DNA of 63,741 bases, the filler included, from Octopus bimaculoides (lineage: Eukaryota), in NCBI RefSeq assembly GCF_001194135.2. It is 4 parts of 4 records of this genome, joined end to end, with 100 filler letters (N's around TTAATTAATTAA, not from the genome) between each part and the next. Parts side by side here need not be neighbours in the genome. Positions count along the whole stretch, not along the records: positions 1 to 18,736 come from NC_068995.1; positions 18,837 to 40,512 come from NC_068988.1; 2 more parts are not named here. One strand, 5' to 3'. The position numbers and the translations under genes were made by a program. Numbering within the stretch: position 1 is the first letter of the stretch; each line of letters opens with the position of its first letter. Below are positions 11,567 to 25,712 of this stretch, one piece after another. The notes under the pieces were generated by a model. That model worked only from the letters and a program-made list of their open reading frames with translations, was not told the origin of the DNA and ran no database searches.

Positions 11567-13284
11567 TACACAGGAAAACATAAATATGCTATACTTTAAT
11601 CAAACACACATATACATATATATACACACACTTTCTATTTTTCTCTTTCATGTCCTCCTTTCAATCTGTCTTTCTCGTTCTCTCTCTCCTTCTCACTATA
11701 CATGTACTCAACATGTCCCAGGCTGTGTGTCCACCAATGACACTAATACCTTATTATCCAACTTTCTTTTTACACTAAATCAGCACTGTAAACAGATGTG
11801 GAAAATTTGGTTTTGTTTCTGTTCTCCCCTGTCTCATTTCTTTTACTTGTCATCGATAAACACTTTAAACCCGCATCATTTACTTCCCTTCTGTTCGTTT
11901 TGCTGCATATATTTTCATTTCCTTTGAGTCTATCTCTTTCGTTTTCATTTTCTACACTGCTTCTATTACGTTCTACATTCGCTTATCTTCATATTCCCTA
12001 CGTTACAATCATATTTAGTTATATATCCTCTCTAGCTCTCTTTCTTTCTTTCTTTATTTTTCTTCTCTCTTTTTCTCTATCTCACAATCACATATTTTTA
12101 TACGCGATAACTGTATATACCTTCTGAAGGTGTGGGTTGTGTGTGTATATATTTCCTTTCTGTGTGCGTGTGTGTTTGTGTGTCTGCGTGTGCGTGTGTG
12201 TCAGTGCGGTTATGCGACTGTGTGCATGAATATGTCGCATTGAAATAATATTGTGCAGCTGCTTATAAAATCCAAGAAACTCGGTAAGCTAGACGTTATT
12301 AATAAATTACACAGATTAGTATGGTGGCATGCGTGTAAAAATTATACATACAAATGATATTTACTGCGAAATATATACGAGTTTATATTTTGAAGTGTAT
12401 ACAGGTAGAAATGATGTGCCAAATTCGTGACCTATAAATATTTAGGGGAAGTGTTAAGTGTGGGCTAGTTTGGGAATGTAAATTTAATAGACTTGAAATA
12501 TTATAGCGCTTCAGTAGCTCGATCGAAAAATTCTGTTCGAAAAATTATCTAATACAAAATTTATGTATTGGGAAAGAAGATTTCTGACGATTTAGCATGC
12601 AAATTTACCAGATAATTTTATGGGTGTAAAGTTTAGCGTGTAAAATAATACCTCTGTAAATATAGTAAGGGAGAAGGGATACTTCTGGCACGAAATGTAT
12701 GAGGATGCAAAAATACATACTATTCTCTTTGGGTTACGAATTTATCACATCAGGTCTTTTTGCCATCTCAGACGCACTAGAGCAATCATATTTGTAATCG
12801 AAAACTTTATACTAGTTCTATCCTAAGAGGTAGGTTTATATCCGGCTATCTTTATATATTTACACATTATATAGCATTATGTTACATTTGAAGTGTATTT
12901 CATCATATCTCTTTTTATATATTTCCTTTCATTCGCTTATATTAGTATAGTCACCTTCGATTACATTTCTCACTGAATAAAAGACAGAACTAATGAAACA
13001 TTTTAAGACTTTTTAACTTTAACACGAAAAAATCATTTTGCAGAAGGCACAAGAAATTTCTTTACAAATATTTACAAACATGTGCTTTGCAAAGAAGTGA
13101 GATCTCAGTTTATTGTTCCGTTGACCTATTTTTGTCTTCCTACGTAATCGTTGTTTTAGCGTTCTATTTTTAACTTTATTCTTGGTAGCTCAAATTTCTT
13201 TGTTAATATATAAATAATCCTTAACGTTATTCGGTTTTATCTAGCGTATTTAAAATTTATCCATTTTGACAACATAACAACGAT

Positions 13285-13341
<57 letters not shown>

Positions 13342-13397
13342 AAGGCTCTTCGAATCCACAACCAACACCCTTCTTAAATATATATTTGCACACACTT

Positions 13398-13802
13398 AGG
13401 CGCAGGCGTGACTGAGTGGTAAGAAGTTTGCTTCTCACCCACNNNNNNNNNNNNNNNNNNNNNNNNNNNNNNNNNNNNNNNNNNNNNNNNNNNNNNNNNN
13501 NNNNNNNNNNNNNNNNNNNNNNNNNNNNNNNNNNNNNNNNNNNNNNNNNNNNNNNNNNNNNNNNNNNNNNNNNNNNNNNNNNNNNNNNNNNNNNNNNNNN
13601 NNNNNNNNNNNNNNNNNNNTGTGTGTGTGTGTGTGTGTGTGTGGTGTATTCATGTCTCAGTAGCTTAGCGGCTCGGTTTAAGAGACCGATAGAATAAGTA
13701 CTAGGCGTTCATAAAAAAATTATTCGACTAAAACCCTTCAAGGCCGTGCTGCAGCATGGTCGCAAGCAAATGACTGATAATAGAATAAAATAATAAAAGA
13801 AT
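13398..13802 (+). mobile_element. SINE-B (tRNA head, internal TA/TG microsatellite) spanning a gap
   Basis: Head AGGCGCAGGCGTGACTGAGTGGTAAGAAG; 3' part GAGACCGATAGAATAAGTACTAGGC..TCGACTAAA..GCAGCATGG..AATGACTGA shared with 50256, 51739 and 54461. Confidence 0.8.
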
Positions 13803-15699
13803 ACGAATATACAAAAAGACACGGAGACACAGAGAGGTTGATGGACTTATAGATACATTAACTGATATATTGATAGGTCGATATTTTTACAATTTCTTGC
13901 TCAGGGAATTGCTCATATATATATTCTCTGTATCTGAAGGCGATTCTGGATATCATGACATTGTGTACTTTATATATATACAACATCATGTGTATTTTAC
14001 TTCTACTTATGTATTAACTTTCTATGATCTTTTGCTGGTTTAACAACCGCGAAAATACACTGTAACCGAAGATGGAGAATATTTGGGGAAAAAATCACAT
14101 GCATATATAAACATATATTTGCTCAACGATATCTAATATTATATTTGTTATATTAATAAGTCATATTTTGGTAAATATTTAATACAACAAAACAATATAA
14201 TTCTAAATTTATTTTGAGTCAGCATACATTACTTTAGCATCAGTAGTGTAGACAAATTTAAGGGAGATCATAAAGTACCTTTGATGAATATCAATCAAAA
14301 ATTGGTATGATCAACGAAAGAGGTGTTACAGTTAATCGCCATTAAGTGTGATTTGGAATAAGTATTTCGATATCCTGTACAATATGTCGATCGTTAAATC
14401 GCTGTTGCAAGTTGGCACATGCATTCTATGTGCTAATGAGATCATTTTGCAACTACAAGTATTGAAGTTTGACCCTCTACATGGCAGTGACATGTATAAA
14501 TGTTTCCAACCAAAGCCACGTAACGTTTAAAACGCTGAAACAAAGACTTCGTGGCAGGAAATGATGTGGAAGCGCATGGAACGAGTCATTTTCTCCTTAA
14601 ATAGGCGAATAATTCTGTCGGTCTATTTAACATCTTCCACAGAGTTCTTGGGAATATTTAGTCTATTAATAACGTTGTGGTTATGTTTCCGCTGCAAGGG
14701 CAGCTCCAATGCTCTCTATTCGGTTGTGGTCCCCTAAAAAATATTTTATGTAAAGTGTAGATGTCCAGATACAAAAATGTTTGCCAATCGATATAAGAAG
14801 ACAAAATGAACTGAAATACCTCAAAATAAGTTCGAAAGAACTTTGTAGAACTTTCTTGTGACCACCTTTATACATAACGTGAATAACCCTGAGAATATCG
14901 AGAAAAAATACAAATCGATATTATCATACTTTTATATAGTATAGTTTTTTCCTGCTTTTTTGTAGATGTGAGATGATGGAGGGAATGAGATATTTGATTA
15001 CGCATAGAACATACTATCCAGGGTAGTTGAAGGGGAATTTTATTTGTAAATTACGAAAGTACATTGAATCAATTCACTTAGCTTACATTCATAAATACCA
15101 TAGGACAAGGGATGAAAATAAATGCAATAGTGTAGTGATGATTTATTTCACGATGAGGGCTATTTTCTTGTGTAAATCAGCATAGCTTCGTCTTTCGTGA
15201 CGTGTCACTTTAATANNNNNNNNNNNNNNNNNNNNNNNNNNNNNNNNNNNNNNNNNNNNNNNNNNNNNNNNNNNATATATATATATATATATACATTTAT
15301 TTATTTATTTACTTATTTATTTATTCACGATTCCACTGTTACTTTGTGCATGTGTCTGTATGTACACTTTTGTACGTGTGTGCATTTTTTGTAAGTATTC
15401 GTGCGTGTGTATGTGTAAGTGGAGAAATAAAGTACAACCCTGCACGTATATTGATACCATTTTTGTTTAACACTTGTGTATTTGCTTCTGATGATGTCAA
15501 ATTTCTCACAGATGATTTTGATACATTTTACTCTTCAGAATGAATGTGCGTATTTTCAGATTCAATCTCATCACATAAAAACATCAATAACATAACTGTT
15601 GAAAGTTATATCACTCCGAAACACGATGAGGACAAATGATTTGGCAGAAATGTTGAAGAAATGTTTCAGCAGGTTTTGCTAAGAACATTTACAATTGTA

Positions 15700-17070
15700 T
15701 TGTAACTTCAAATCCAAAGTGAGAGCCGATTCATTCCTCGCCATACTACCATGAATGATAATGGTACCATGAATGATAATGTACAACGATTGCTTCAGTT
15801 TTGTGCACTGCACGTGAAAAACAATGACTTCCACAATAAACCTCAACACAAATTATTTTGTAGAGCTCTCCGCTCCAAAACTGATATTCATAAGGCACTG
15901 CTAGTTGAGAAATGTGCTTATACACGATCCTCTCAAAGTGACCGCTATGAAACGGCCACTCTCATGTTTGCTGCAAAATTAGACTCCAGTTAATGCCCAA
16001 TATAAAATTTATTTGGGAAGCTACGCTTTTATGTTACTATGACATAACAATCGAAAAACTTCAATGGGTTTCCTATGCAGGCATTCACTGCAGATACACC
16101 AATAAAAATGCATATATAAATGCGCTGAAGGTGTTTGTTAAGAAAGAGAGAAACAAATAGAACTGATTCGAAATAATCTCACTGCTCTCATCGTGGTAAA
16201 ATTTCTCAATGTCTCGGAACCAAAAGCCACCCTATCCATGAAACCATGCAAACACTAAGAACTCAAAATTCAAGGCCCCTAAAATAGACAAATGTTGTAC
16301 ATATAGATAATTAGCTACATATTTGCAAATGTCTTCAATCCTAAAGTGACACAAGTGACATCCATGGAATGTGTAACTGCACAAGGAAAGTCATGGGCCC
16401 TATCAGGAGAAGATAGCACCGACTAAACCCGTAACAGGTAAGATCATGAAAAGCAGAAAGATCAAAGAAATGGAAAGCTACATAGAACATTACTACGACC
16501 TCAAACCTACGGAAGAATCAGCGAACAGTGCAGTAAACGACGAGGCGTGCTTGTCAGCAGTGGCGTGACTAAATCCATCGCTGATTTCGGAAGAAATGAG
16601 TAAAGTCAGGGGGATATGTATTCTAGCATGACATTTGAACTGGCGGTATATCCGCTGGAAGCTTTGGACACAAAATTCTATGCTAGTGCTGGTATAAATA
16701 AACAGTGCTACACGTCATAAATAAGCTGCAATGCTGTCGACTTGCACAAGAACAAAGAGCATTGAAGTGATTGCAACAGCTGCATAGAAATATTCTTGCT
16801 GACTCTCCTTGGAAAGGTCTTCAATTGTATGGTCTTAAATAGACTGCAGAAAATCGATTAGCTTTATCCTGAATCTTAGAACAACTCTAGGTCAGATTGC
16901 TTTACAACTTACATGAACTACTCTCTTCAACAATTACATGTAGTATGCACAGAAGACAACTAATCTGGATATATTTCGTTGACGAGACGAAAGCTCTTTA
17001 ATCCTGAACATAGAAACAGACTATACAAAACTCATTTAAAGGTTGAGCACTCTCCGAAGTAACATATATT
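15700..17070 (+). mobile_element. Degenerate RTE-clade LINE (APE C-terminus to RT N-terminus)
   Basis: MNDNG..QRLLQFCALH..FHNKPQHK (APE); KVMGPIRR..GKIMKSRK..IEHYYDL; LLTLLGKVFNCMVLNRLQ (RT); many stops and frameshifts. Confidence 0.7.
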
Positions 17071-17089
17071 TGCCCATTCATTTCATTTC

Positions 17090-18325
17090 TATGTATGAGC
17101 AGTACATCCCAACGAGGCAGCTGAAGAAAGATTACCGAAGAACAGATATGCGGAAGAGGAGAAAGTAGACCTACCTGAAGAAAACCAGAATAGATATGAC
17201 ACAGAATTTGAGGTGAATAATAAAGAGAAGATCATACAAGCAACAGAAGATATTATGAGAGAACTCCACAAGACTTATTTACTGGCATGATTAATAGAGA
17301 ACCGCTACCAAAGCTCTCAAACAGCATAACAATTGCATCATAATCATGAAATTGCACTTAGACAGATCTTAAGAAATAAGGGGAATGAACTAACAAGCTC
17401 AGATACCCTCATTTATTCCACTGCTAAAGTTGTAACTGCTCAACTAGGAATGAAAACGACACGGAAAACGACCAACCATTTTAAAATACTTCCTAAGTGG
17501 AAAATAGCAGTACAAAAAGAGATCGAATCTCTGCAGGCAGATGTATCAGTTCTCGATGAAGTTACTAGAGGTGTAAATGTCAAGACGAAACAGACTAGAA
17601 AAATCAAGCAAAACTATAAAATCAAAATTCTATAAACCTCCCAAGCAACCAAGGAAATAGTAAAACAGCGAATACAGCTGTAGGCCCAATGACTTACAAG
17701 GTTTGATAAAAGAATCAAATTTTATCGACAAAACAATGTACTCAAGACGGATGCAAGGAAAGTTTATAGGGAAATTGGCAAAAAATAGTAGTAAAAGAAT
17801 CACCTAAGAGTGAGGAAATAGAAGAGTTCTGGAAGAAGATATGGAGCAACAAAAAATGAATATAATGCTGAATTTCACTGAATAGAGTGTGAAAAATTGA
17901 CACTGGATGATGTTGAGGAGCAGAAATGGGAGGCAATAAAAATAGAAGAACTAAGATGTGTTGTTAGGACGTCTCACAAATGGAAAACCCCTGGACTAAA
18001 CCGAATTCATAACTTCTGACTGAATTGTTTGTGCATCAAAATTTCGTTGCTTCTCAAATTTGTATCATCTAAAACCCAGAGCAATTGCTTGCCTGACTGA
18101 AGGAATACCATACCTTCTACAAAAGCTGAAACACAAAAATGCAAAGAAGTACCAATTACATGTCTCAACACCACCTTCAAGATCCTCACATCCATACTAA
18201 CTGAAACAATATGCGCTTTCTTTGAACAGAACGCTATCCTTCCACATGCTCAAAAAGGTTATAACATAAATTTTTTGGGGTGAAAAGATCAATTACCCAT
18301 AAATAAAATAATTATAGAGAATGTT
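17090..18325 (+). mobile_element. Old R4/Dong element (family B), pre-RT region into RT
   Basis: LPKWKIAVQKEIESLQAD; RFDKRIKFYRQNNVLKTDARKVYREIG; EEIEEFWKKIW; HKWKTPG; PITCLNTTFKILTSILTE; frameshifted. Confidence 0.85.
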
Positions 18326-18326
18326 G

Positions 18327-18563
18327 TTGTTAGACAGATCTTAAGAAATAAGGGAAATAAACTAACAAGCTTAGATACCCTCATTTATTCAACTGCTAAA
18401 GTTGTAACTGCTCAGCTAGGAATGAAAACGACAGGGAAAAGGACCAACCATGTCAAAAGACTTCCTAAGTGGAAAGTAGCAGTAAAAAAGAAATCGAATC
18501 TCTCCAGGCGGATGTATCAGTTCTCGATGAAGTTGCTAGAGGAGTAAATGTTAAGACGGAACA
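18327..18563 (+). mobile_element. Second copy of the family-B segment 17357-17590
   Basis: TTAGACAGATCTTAAGAAATAAGGG...GTAAATGTyAAGACGrAACA repeated with roughly 10-12% substitutions. Confidence 0.9.
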
Positions 18564-19182
18564 ATGCCTGAATGGCTCACAAAAGGGAAAAACCATCTTA
18601 ATCCCCAAATCCACGGAAACGGAGAAACCACAAAGCTATAGACCTATAACTTGTCTCCCTACGATCTACAAAGCCTTTACAGCAATAATATCGCAGAGAT
18701 TGAGTAAACACCTGGAAAATAACAACCTGTTTCCAGNNNNNNNNNNNNNNNNNNNNNNNNNNNNNNNNNNNNNNNNNNNNTTAATTAATTAANNNNNNNN
18801 NNNNNNNNNNNNNNNNNNNNNNNNNNNNNNNNNNNNCAAATGGAAAAACTTTCAAAATACAAAGACCTGGAAATAGAGATAACTCGAATGTGGAGTCTAA
18901 AAACAGAAATAATTCCTATCATAGTAGGTGCCTTAGGTATAATAAAAAAATATTCAGACAAATACATAACAAAAACACCAGGACTTGCAAATATATATAA
19001 CATACAGAAAATTGCACTACTGGGTACTGCACACATTCTACGCAAAACACTTTCAATACAGTAAACAGAAGAGCACCACAGCAAACCACAGCACATACCC
19101 AAGGCGCACAGAGCTGCGCTCGGTAGTGAAGTGAAAGCCCGTTATAAAAATAAAACTACTGAACAATAATAATAATAATAGA
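18560..19182 (+). mobile_element. Unbroken Dong RT fragment, then a scaffold join, then a family-A 3' end with (TAA)n
   Basis: TMPEWLTKGKTILIPKSTETEKPQSYRPITCLPTIYKAFTAIISQRLSKHLENNNLFP, 100-bp join, then ORF 18840-19064. 18840-19163 differs from 28-351 at 6 positions. Continuity across the join is unproven. Confidence 0.85.
18737..18836. other. Assembly linker: 44 N + TTAATTAATTAA + 44 N (also 40513-40612 and 49053-49152)
   Basis: Identical 100-bp construct three times; the 12-mer has stops in all six frames. Confidence 0.95.
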
Positions 19183-19416
19183 AACTCACAAACGAACAGC
19201 AATGAGGACGACAACAGTAACTCCAGCAATAGAAATATATTGATAACAATCATAACAAAATGAAACATAATACAGTCGAATTGATAGACAGTAACTCGAT
19301 AATGATAGTTTTGTTGTAATGATTACGTAGTTGATATTTAGTACTTTCTGTAAAGATTAGAATTACGTATTCGTTTATGATTTTATTCGCTTACTAGAAA
19401 TACATCTGCACACTTA

Positions 19417-19623
19417 TTTCTTTATTGCCCACAAGGGGCTAAACATAGAGGAAACAAACAAGGACACACAAAGGGATTAAGTCGATTATATCGACCCCAG
19501 TGCGTAACTGGTACTTAATTTATCGACCCCGAAAGGATGAAAGGCCAAGTCCACCTCGGCGGAATTTGAACTCAGAACGTAACGGCAGACGAAATACCGC
19601 TAAGCATTTCGCCCGCTCGTCGC
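19417..19623 (-). mobile_element. SINE-A with a perfect 14-bp target-site duplication
   Basis: CATCTGCACACTTA at 19403-19416 and 19624-19637; body matches 28995-29210. Confidence 0.9.
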
Positions 19624-20329
19624 CATCTGCACACTTACTAAACACGAAACACACACTCACACACACAACCACTCAGACGCAAACACGCACACACATGAAT
19701 ATATATAGGCATTATCACAAAAAGATGATTGCGTATAAATTTATAAGTCTATTTGTGACATGTTTCGACATTTAGAGAAGCTTTCAGTAAGTTTCTGTAT
19801 AAGTTTGTTATTATTTAGTTTTATTTCAAGATTTCTTGCCAATAGAGGAGGAGACGGTTTCTAACCAAGATCCAAACCTCCTTCATTGGCATTTTGACAA
19901 CAGCAATAGTGTATGTATGTATATATGTATGTATGTACGTATGTATGTATGTATCTGTGCAGATATGTATGTTTTGTTTTATGTATGTATTTCATGCATT
20001 CAGTTGCATATCCAGACATGGTCATATATACTTCAATGATAAATTCCTGGAAAGTTTTACAATTTTTTACTAATCCAGTCATAGATTGGATCTGTAGTCT
20101 TTAAATCAGTTTTCTACAAATTTCTTAAGATTAGTATTAAGTCAGTATGTTACACATACCAGTACCCCACTAATTACAAGTATAAACTTGTACTTGTAAC
20201 CTGTATAGAGTAACTGCAAATTTCTGAATAGTTCAATGTAGTTCGTTTCCGCTGAATTTCAGTTTTATATTAGCATCCGCTGCACAAGTGATTTCCAAAA
20301 CTGTACTATCTCAAATTTATCTCAACTGT

Positions 20330-21500
20330 ACTATCTCATTCTCTAATTCATTATGTCAGGTCTATTGTGCTTACATTTTATTGAGGTTTTCACTGGGACA
20401 TTCCTTCAATACTCCTTTTTATTATGAGTGGCTATGGCTTCCACCGTAATGTGGGTTCTTATTTCATTGTCTTTGGAGTTGTCCTTCCGACGGATCTCGT
20501 TATACAGTGTCCTATCTACATCATGTCACATCGGTAGATAATACCGTCACGACATTTTGGGACAACTACTTATGACGTGATTGATAACTTCGGCGTTAAT
20601 TCCACAAAGTCTGCATCGGTTGTCATATTTTCGTTGATATTTCTTGTTCGTGGATTGCAAACGCTTACTGTTCAAAGAGGCAGGGAGTAATCCGGTTGTT
20701 GGTCCATGATAAACTGCTTTGATGATCAATGTTACTATCATCTCCGAGCTTTCTATTAATATATTCATTCATGGTCTTCTGCTGATATACGCTAATCCTT
20801 TCATTTGATAATACATTGCGGTAGAGTCGTGCATATTCTTTCCGCATGTATTTAAGGTTATCAGACAAGGAATACTGGTCAAGGAGATGTTTTTCAAGTC
20901 TTATAATGTTATCAGCCTCATGTATACAACCTTAATCAAGGGATGCACTTCGACACTTGGTGGTTAAAAGTTGTTGCCAAAGGGATATGATATAACATTC
21001 AAAGGCAGCCTGGATCGATATTAAACCTCTGCCGCCTTGTTTTCGTCTTAGGTACAGGTGATCTACGTTACCGTTGATGCAGAAATTATGTGTGCTTGTT
21101 ATTATCTTCCAGGTTTTTTCATCAATGGCTCATTACTCATCAGGCATCCAATCAGACACCCCAAATGTTGCTATGAGTACTGGCATTTCAAAACCATTGT
21201 GGGCCACTGTTGTATCGAATGCAAAGTGTTCCAAATTTTTCCGTTATTCGACTTAATATTCTCTAGTGACATGTATTTCGTTACAGGTGTCATTGTAAGA
21301 TAGGCTTTGATCTTAATCTAGATACTTGTAACATTCCTCATCAGATATAGGGAAACAGTAGAGTCATTGATGGATATGTTGCTAGTCTGGTTTACAGTTT
21401 TCCTTCTCTTCATAACCACATAGCAACATTTATTCTGACCAAACTCCTGCCGTATATCCTTTGAGAATGTTGTAACCAGGTCAAGGCTCTTTTTCATCCC
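20330..21500 (-). mobile_element. Old R4/Dong-clade remnant (RT C-terminal half to CCHC knuckle)
   Basis: DLVTTFSKDIRQEFGQNKC; VDHLYLRRKQGGRGLISI; NRCRLCGINAEVINHVISSCPKMS (CCHC); degenerate. Confidence 0.85.
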
Positions 21501-21534
21501 ATGCATATGTGTGTATGTATGTATGTATGTATTC

Positions 21535-21872
21535 ATTAAAGGCCTGTGATATACAGGACACTGACTGGGAGAACGATGCCTGTCATCGCCACAGATCGAG
21601 GAAGCAGGTTAAGGAGGGGATATACACTTTTGAGAGAGCATGTATCCACCATGAAGAACTTAGACGAGCTGCGCGAAAGCGCACGGCTCGTATAGTGAAT
21701 GGGGAAAGCTTGGTCTGCAATGTTTGCAGTCGCGTATGCTTGTCAAGTGCAGTTCTCATTAGCCACCAACGGAGCCGCAAATGCAAAATATAAGTTAGTC
21801 CTAGAGTGCACAATGTTTCTGAAGGTCGGTAATGGTCTTCCTCGGTCACGAGTGGACGGCCATCATCATCAT
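21535..21872 (+). mobile_element. RTE/BovB-like LINE 3' end with C2H2 finger and (CAT)n tail
   Basis: SLKACDIQDTDWENDACHR..LVCNVCSRVCLSSAVLISHQRS, short UTR ending GGACGGCCATCATCATCAT. Confidence 0.85.
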
Positions 21873-22199
21873 GCATGTATCTCTTAAATATAGAACTGTA
21901 TTAAGCGTTTTGTGTTTATATATTTTCAATACGCAGAAAAGGGTTTTCAACTTACTAGTTCAGAAAAGCGAGAATTCTTGTACATAAACAATGGTGAGCA
22001 TATTTTCTGTGAACCAGTAGTAGTAGCATTTTAGTTCTAAAATATGAAGTTGCCTATGAATGTCAATCAGTCAATCAGTGTTTTCCATGATGATATAAAA
22101 CGTGTATACTACTTTTTTCTGCCGACCACATTCACTCATAAATTTTTGGCCATTTCGGGAATTTAGTTCACGACACTTGCCAACTTGCGAAGCAATCAG

Positions 22200-22246
22200 A
22201 ATGAACTCCGACTAATGAACTCCGACTAATGAACTCCGACTAATGA
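22200..22246. repeat. 14-bp tandem repeat AATGAACTCCGACT x3.4
   Basis: Direct reading. Confidence 0.95.
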
Positions 22247-24395
22247 GCTAGCAACCAAGCAGGCAAGCCTTTCCCTTTATTGTACAATAGTATGCTCTTC
22301 GTAGATGACGACGATGACGATAATCCTTTAAAGACATTTGTTGAACGAAAAAATAAGACAAATACCAAATCATGCTTCCCTGTCGTGAATAATTTTTTAA
22401 AAATGATATTAAAACAAATAGGCAAAAGATAGACAAAATTACGAACAGGAGTATCGCTGTTATTTAAAGGACTAATGTAATTATAGAGCAAATAGCGAGA
22501 ATCAGTTTAAATATATTTTTGTTATACACACCTCTGATTGCAACAAGCACGAGATTAAAATCGTGCACAAAAATAACTAGAACAACGTGAACATCAACTT
22601 CAGCAACAAAACAGCATTAATAAGAACAAATACAGCATTAAAAACAAGAACACACTATCATTAGCATCAATAATAATCATGGTTAGAAATGAAATATAGC
22701 GCAAATAAAAAGTAATTATATATATATGTGTCTTTGTGTGTGTGTGTGTGTGTATGCATGTATAAATATATATATATAGTAAGAGATATGAAATACTAGG
22801 CAATATTATCAAATGTCACATCTTAGCAAAGGACGAAACAAATAGGACAAAAAACATTAACAACATAAATAATATTTGGAAACAATATTGAACCTCTAAC
22901 ACCACACAGAAATAATGCTTAAAAATACCGCACACAAAAATAACGGAACAAAACATTCAAACAAACGAAATACACACACAACACGCTTACACCGAACACA
23001 CAAAGGGATACACACATACACGCACACACATATATAGACAAATATATATAGACACACTGTCCCCTCACTATAAATTTTTAAACAGTAAACAAACTATAGT
23101 CTGAACGCATACTAAGCAAGCATACACATTAATTACACATTAAAAATACGCTACAATTACACACAAGCATATACATACGCTGGCTAAAATAACATAATGA
23201 GCTACAAAAATCAATGAATCTTGACAATACAAATTATTTGTAAGAAATATGTAATTTTTTTTAGGCGGGTCACTTGTTTTAGAAAAGATAATTTTTCTTT
23301 TAGGGGTCAGAGATCAGATTCAGGTCTCATTTCTTTTGCTTTAAAAAATAATTAGTTGCACTGAAGCATGGCAGTCTGGCAGTCATAATTAGGCAACCCT
23401 GTCCGACAGATAACGAAATCTAATTAGAAATTAATATTCAATTTATTCGTACTTACACACTCAAACATACAATCAGCGAAAAAAATCCATAATGTGGCTT
23501 ATAATTTCATACATACATGTATACATACATGCATTTCTTACAAATGCGTACTTGTACACAAACATGTATACGGACACATACATAATTATATAGAGTGATC
23601 TGAAATTAAAGTGCACTGCAGATAAAGAGTATTTAGAACTTCATTTGTATTTTTTTTTTATGTCAGAAGGAAAATTGCGATGAGGATTCGCATTATAATC
23701 CTGAGATTCATTTGGTTAGATCACGTGGTTCGATAGGTTAGACAGTGTAGAAACTGAAAGTAAAACGAAACAGCAGAATTTGTTCATAAAACATTTACTC
23801 ACATCATCTTATGAGTATTTCATTAGTGAAAAATACCTGCTTTTATATAGGAAACGTGTAAAGTATTGTGCAATCTTCAGAGACTGTATAACATTACTAA
23901 TTATAGTCGACTACTGACAGTGTTATAACATCAACAACCGCACATACTCTCTCAGATAATGAATACGAATTACCTCGTGTACTTACGAGAGGAGATGGAA
24001 TATAGTTTGTAGTAGAAGGCAGACTGTATCGCTGTTGTCATTGTGTATGTGAAATCAGACGCTCGGTAGCTAAAGATAACCAGGATTTAGAGCTCACAGC
24101 GTGATATCCCGATGATTTATCATATCTGTGGCAGGTTACTCTACTAATTATCGTCTATTCATATGGACGCTAGCTAGTACGCATACATAACGTATTCATA
24201 AATATTCACTAACACATATACACACACATTAATAAATGCATAAAAGATCGAGTATACACAAATAGTTTTAATTGGCTGAAGACATATGCTCATGCAAGCA
24301 CACTCAAGCGTATACGTACAAATATATATCTATGTGTGCGAGAGGTATATACATATATATCCAAATACATATATGAGCCTACACGCACACACACT

Positions 24396-24427
<32 letters not shown>

Positions 24428-25001
24428 TATATATTAAGGAATGTATAATTCCAAACTTAGAGGAATATTCAAATTAGTAATACTAAAAGTCCAATCACCT
24501 TCCAGAAAAACGTACTATATAAAATAGTAATTTAAAAATCTATAAAATTCTACAAGAAAAGTACAAAATATATAAAGATCTATGAAATACTAATCTAAAC
24601 ATTTAATTAAACATGGAATTAAATTAATAAAATAAAAAGTAATAGNNNNNNNNNNNNNNNNNNNNNNNNNNNNNNNNNNNNNNNNNNNNNNNNNNNNNNN
24701 NNNNNNNNNNNNNNNNNNNNNNNNNNNNNNNNNNNNNNNNNNNNNNNNNNNNNNNNNNNNNNNNNNNNNNNNNNNNNNNNNNNNNNNNNNNNNNNNNNNN
24801 NNNNNNNNNNNNNNNNNNNNNNNNNNNNNNNNNNNNNNNNNNNNNNNNNNNNNNNNNNNNNNNNNNNNNNNNNNNNNNNNNNNNNNNNNNNNNNNNNNNN
24901 NNNNNNNNNNNNNNNNNNNNNNNNNNNNNNNNNNNNNNNNNNNNNNNNNNNNNNNNNNNNNNNNNNNNNNNNNNNNNNNNNNNNNNNNNNNNNNNNNNNN
25001 N

Positions 25002-25045
<44 letters not shown>

Positions 25046-25063
25046 TGTGTATCTGTGTGTGTA

Positions 25064-25102
<39 letters not shown>

Positions 25103-25149
25103 TTGTATGTATAAAGTGGGCAGCAACCATAACCCAAATATGCAAAATA

Positions 25150-25712
25150 TGTACTCAAATGTGAGAGATAATACATGTGAGGTCGCAGAAATTGCGTGAC
25201 AGCCATGACTGGGTTCTCCTGCTTCTGTAACATAGTGCACAGTACTTTTGCCAGATATAGGGTCTTCCAGCAGCCTCTCTTTTGATTCAGGGCAGCACTA
25301 ACTACTCCAGGCACTTGACATAGGCTACTCTGTTGAGTCCGAGTCTGAGGCTGTGTGGGAAGATGAATGGAGGCATAACTTCGCTATCATTAGTGATCAT
25401 TCCAAACAACAAGATGTTGACTGGATATTTGATTTTTATCACTTTCGGTATATGTTCTCAGATTGCATTGTATTAAGATTGACACTCAAACACTCTGGAA
25501 TGCTCGTATTGGAAATTCCTGTGCGAATGCCAAGCCCGTACAGTATGTCGTTTCCAAATGTCTGGCAGAGTGATTTGCATCATGGTGGTGTTTTCCTCAC
25601 AGACGGTGCCTAACGGATTCTGCTATAGTCTGTAGTCGACAAAATCAAAAACAATCAAACGCATGCGCAAAAATAAAATCATAAATGGTGACAATTTACC
25701 CATCGCACCCTG
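25150..25712 (-). mobile_element. Internally deleted Tc1/mariner (maT/DD37D-like) transposon
   Basis: 5' end TA-CAGGGTGCGATGGG at 25712. An N-terminal piece is joined to KIKYPVNILLFGMITNDSEVMPPFIFPHSL..AAGRPYIWQ..RTQSWLSRNF, which resembles maT catalytic-domain motifs. Confidence 0.8.

Noticed and set aside
14500-14880. Possible Tc1/mariner remnant
   Set aside because: Only one TIR-like end and a very short peptide resemblance.
18781-18792. TTAATTAATTAA centred in N runs (also 40557-40568 and 49097-49108)
   Set aside because: Artificial six-frame-stop scaffold linker; adjacency across these joins is not biological evidence.
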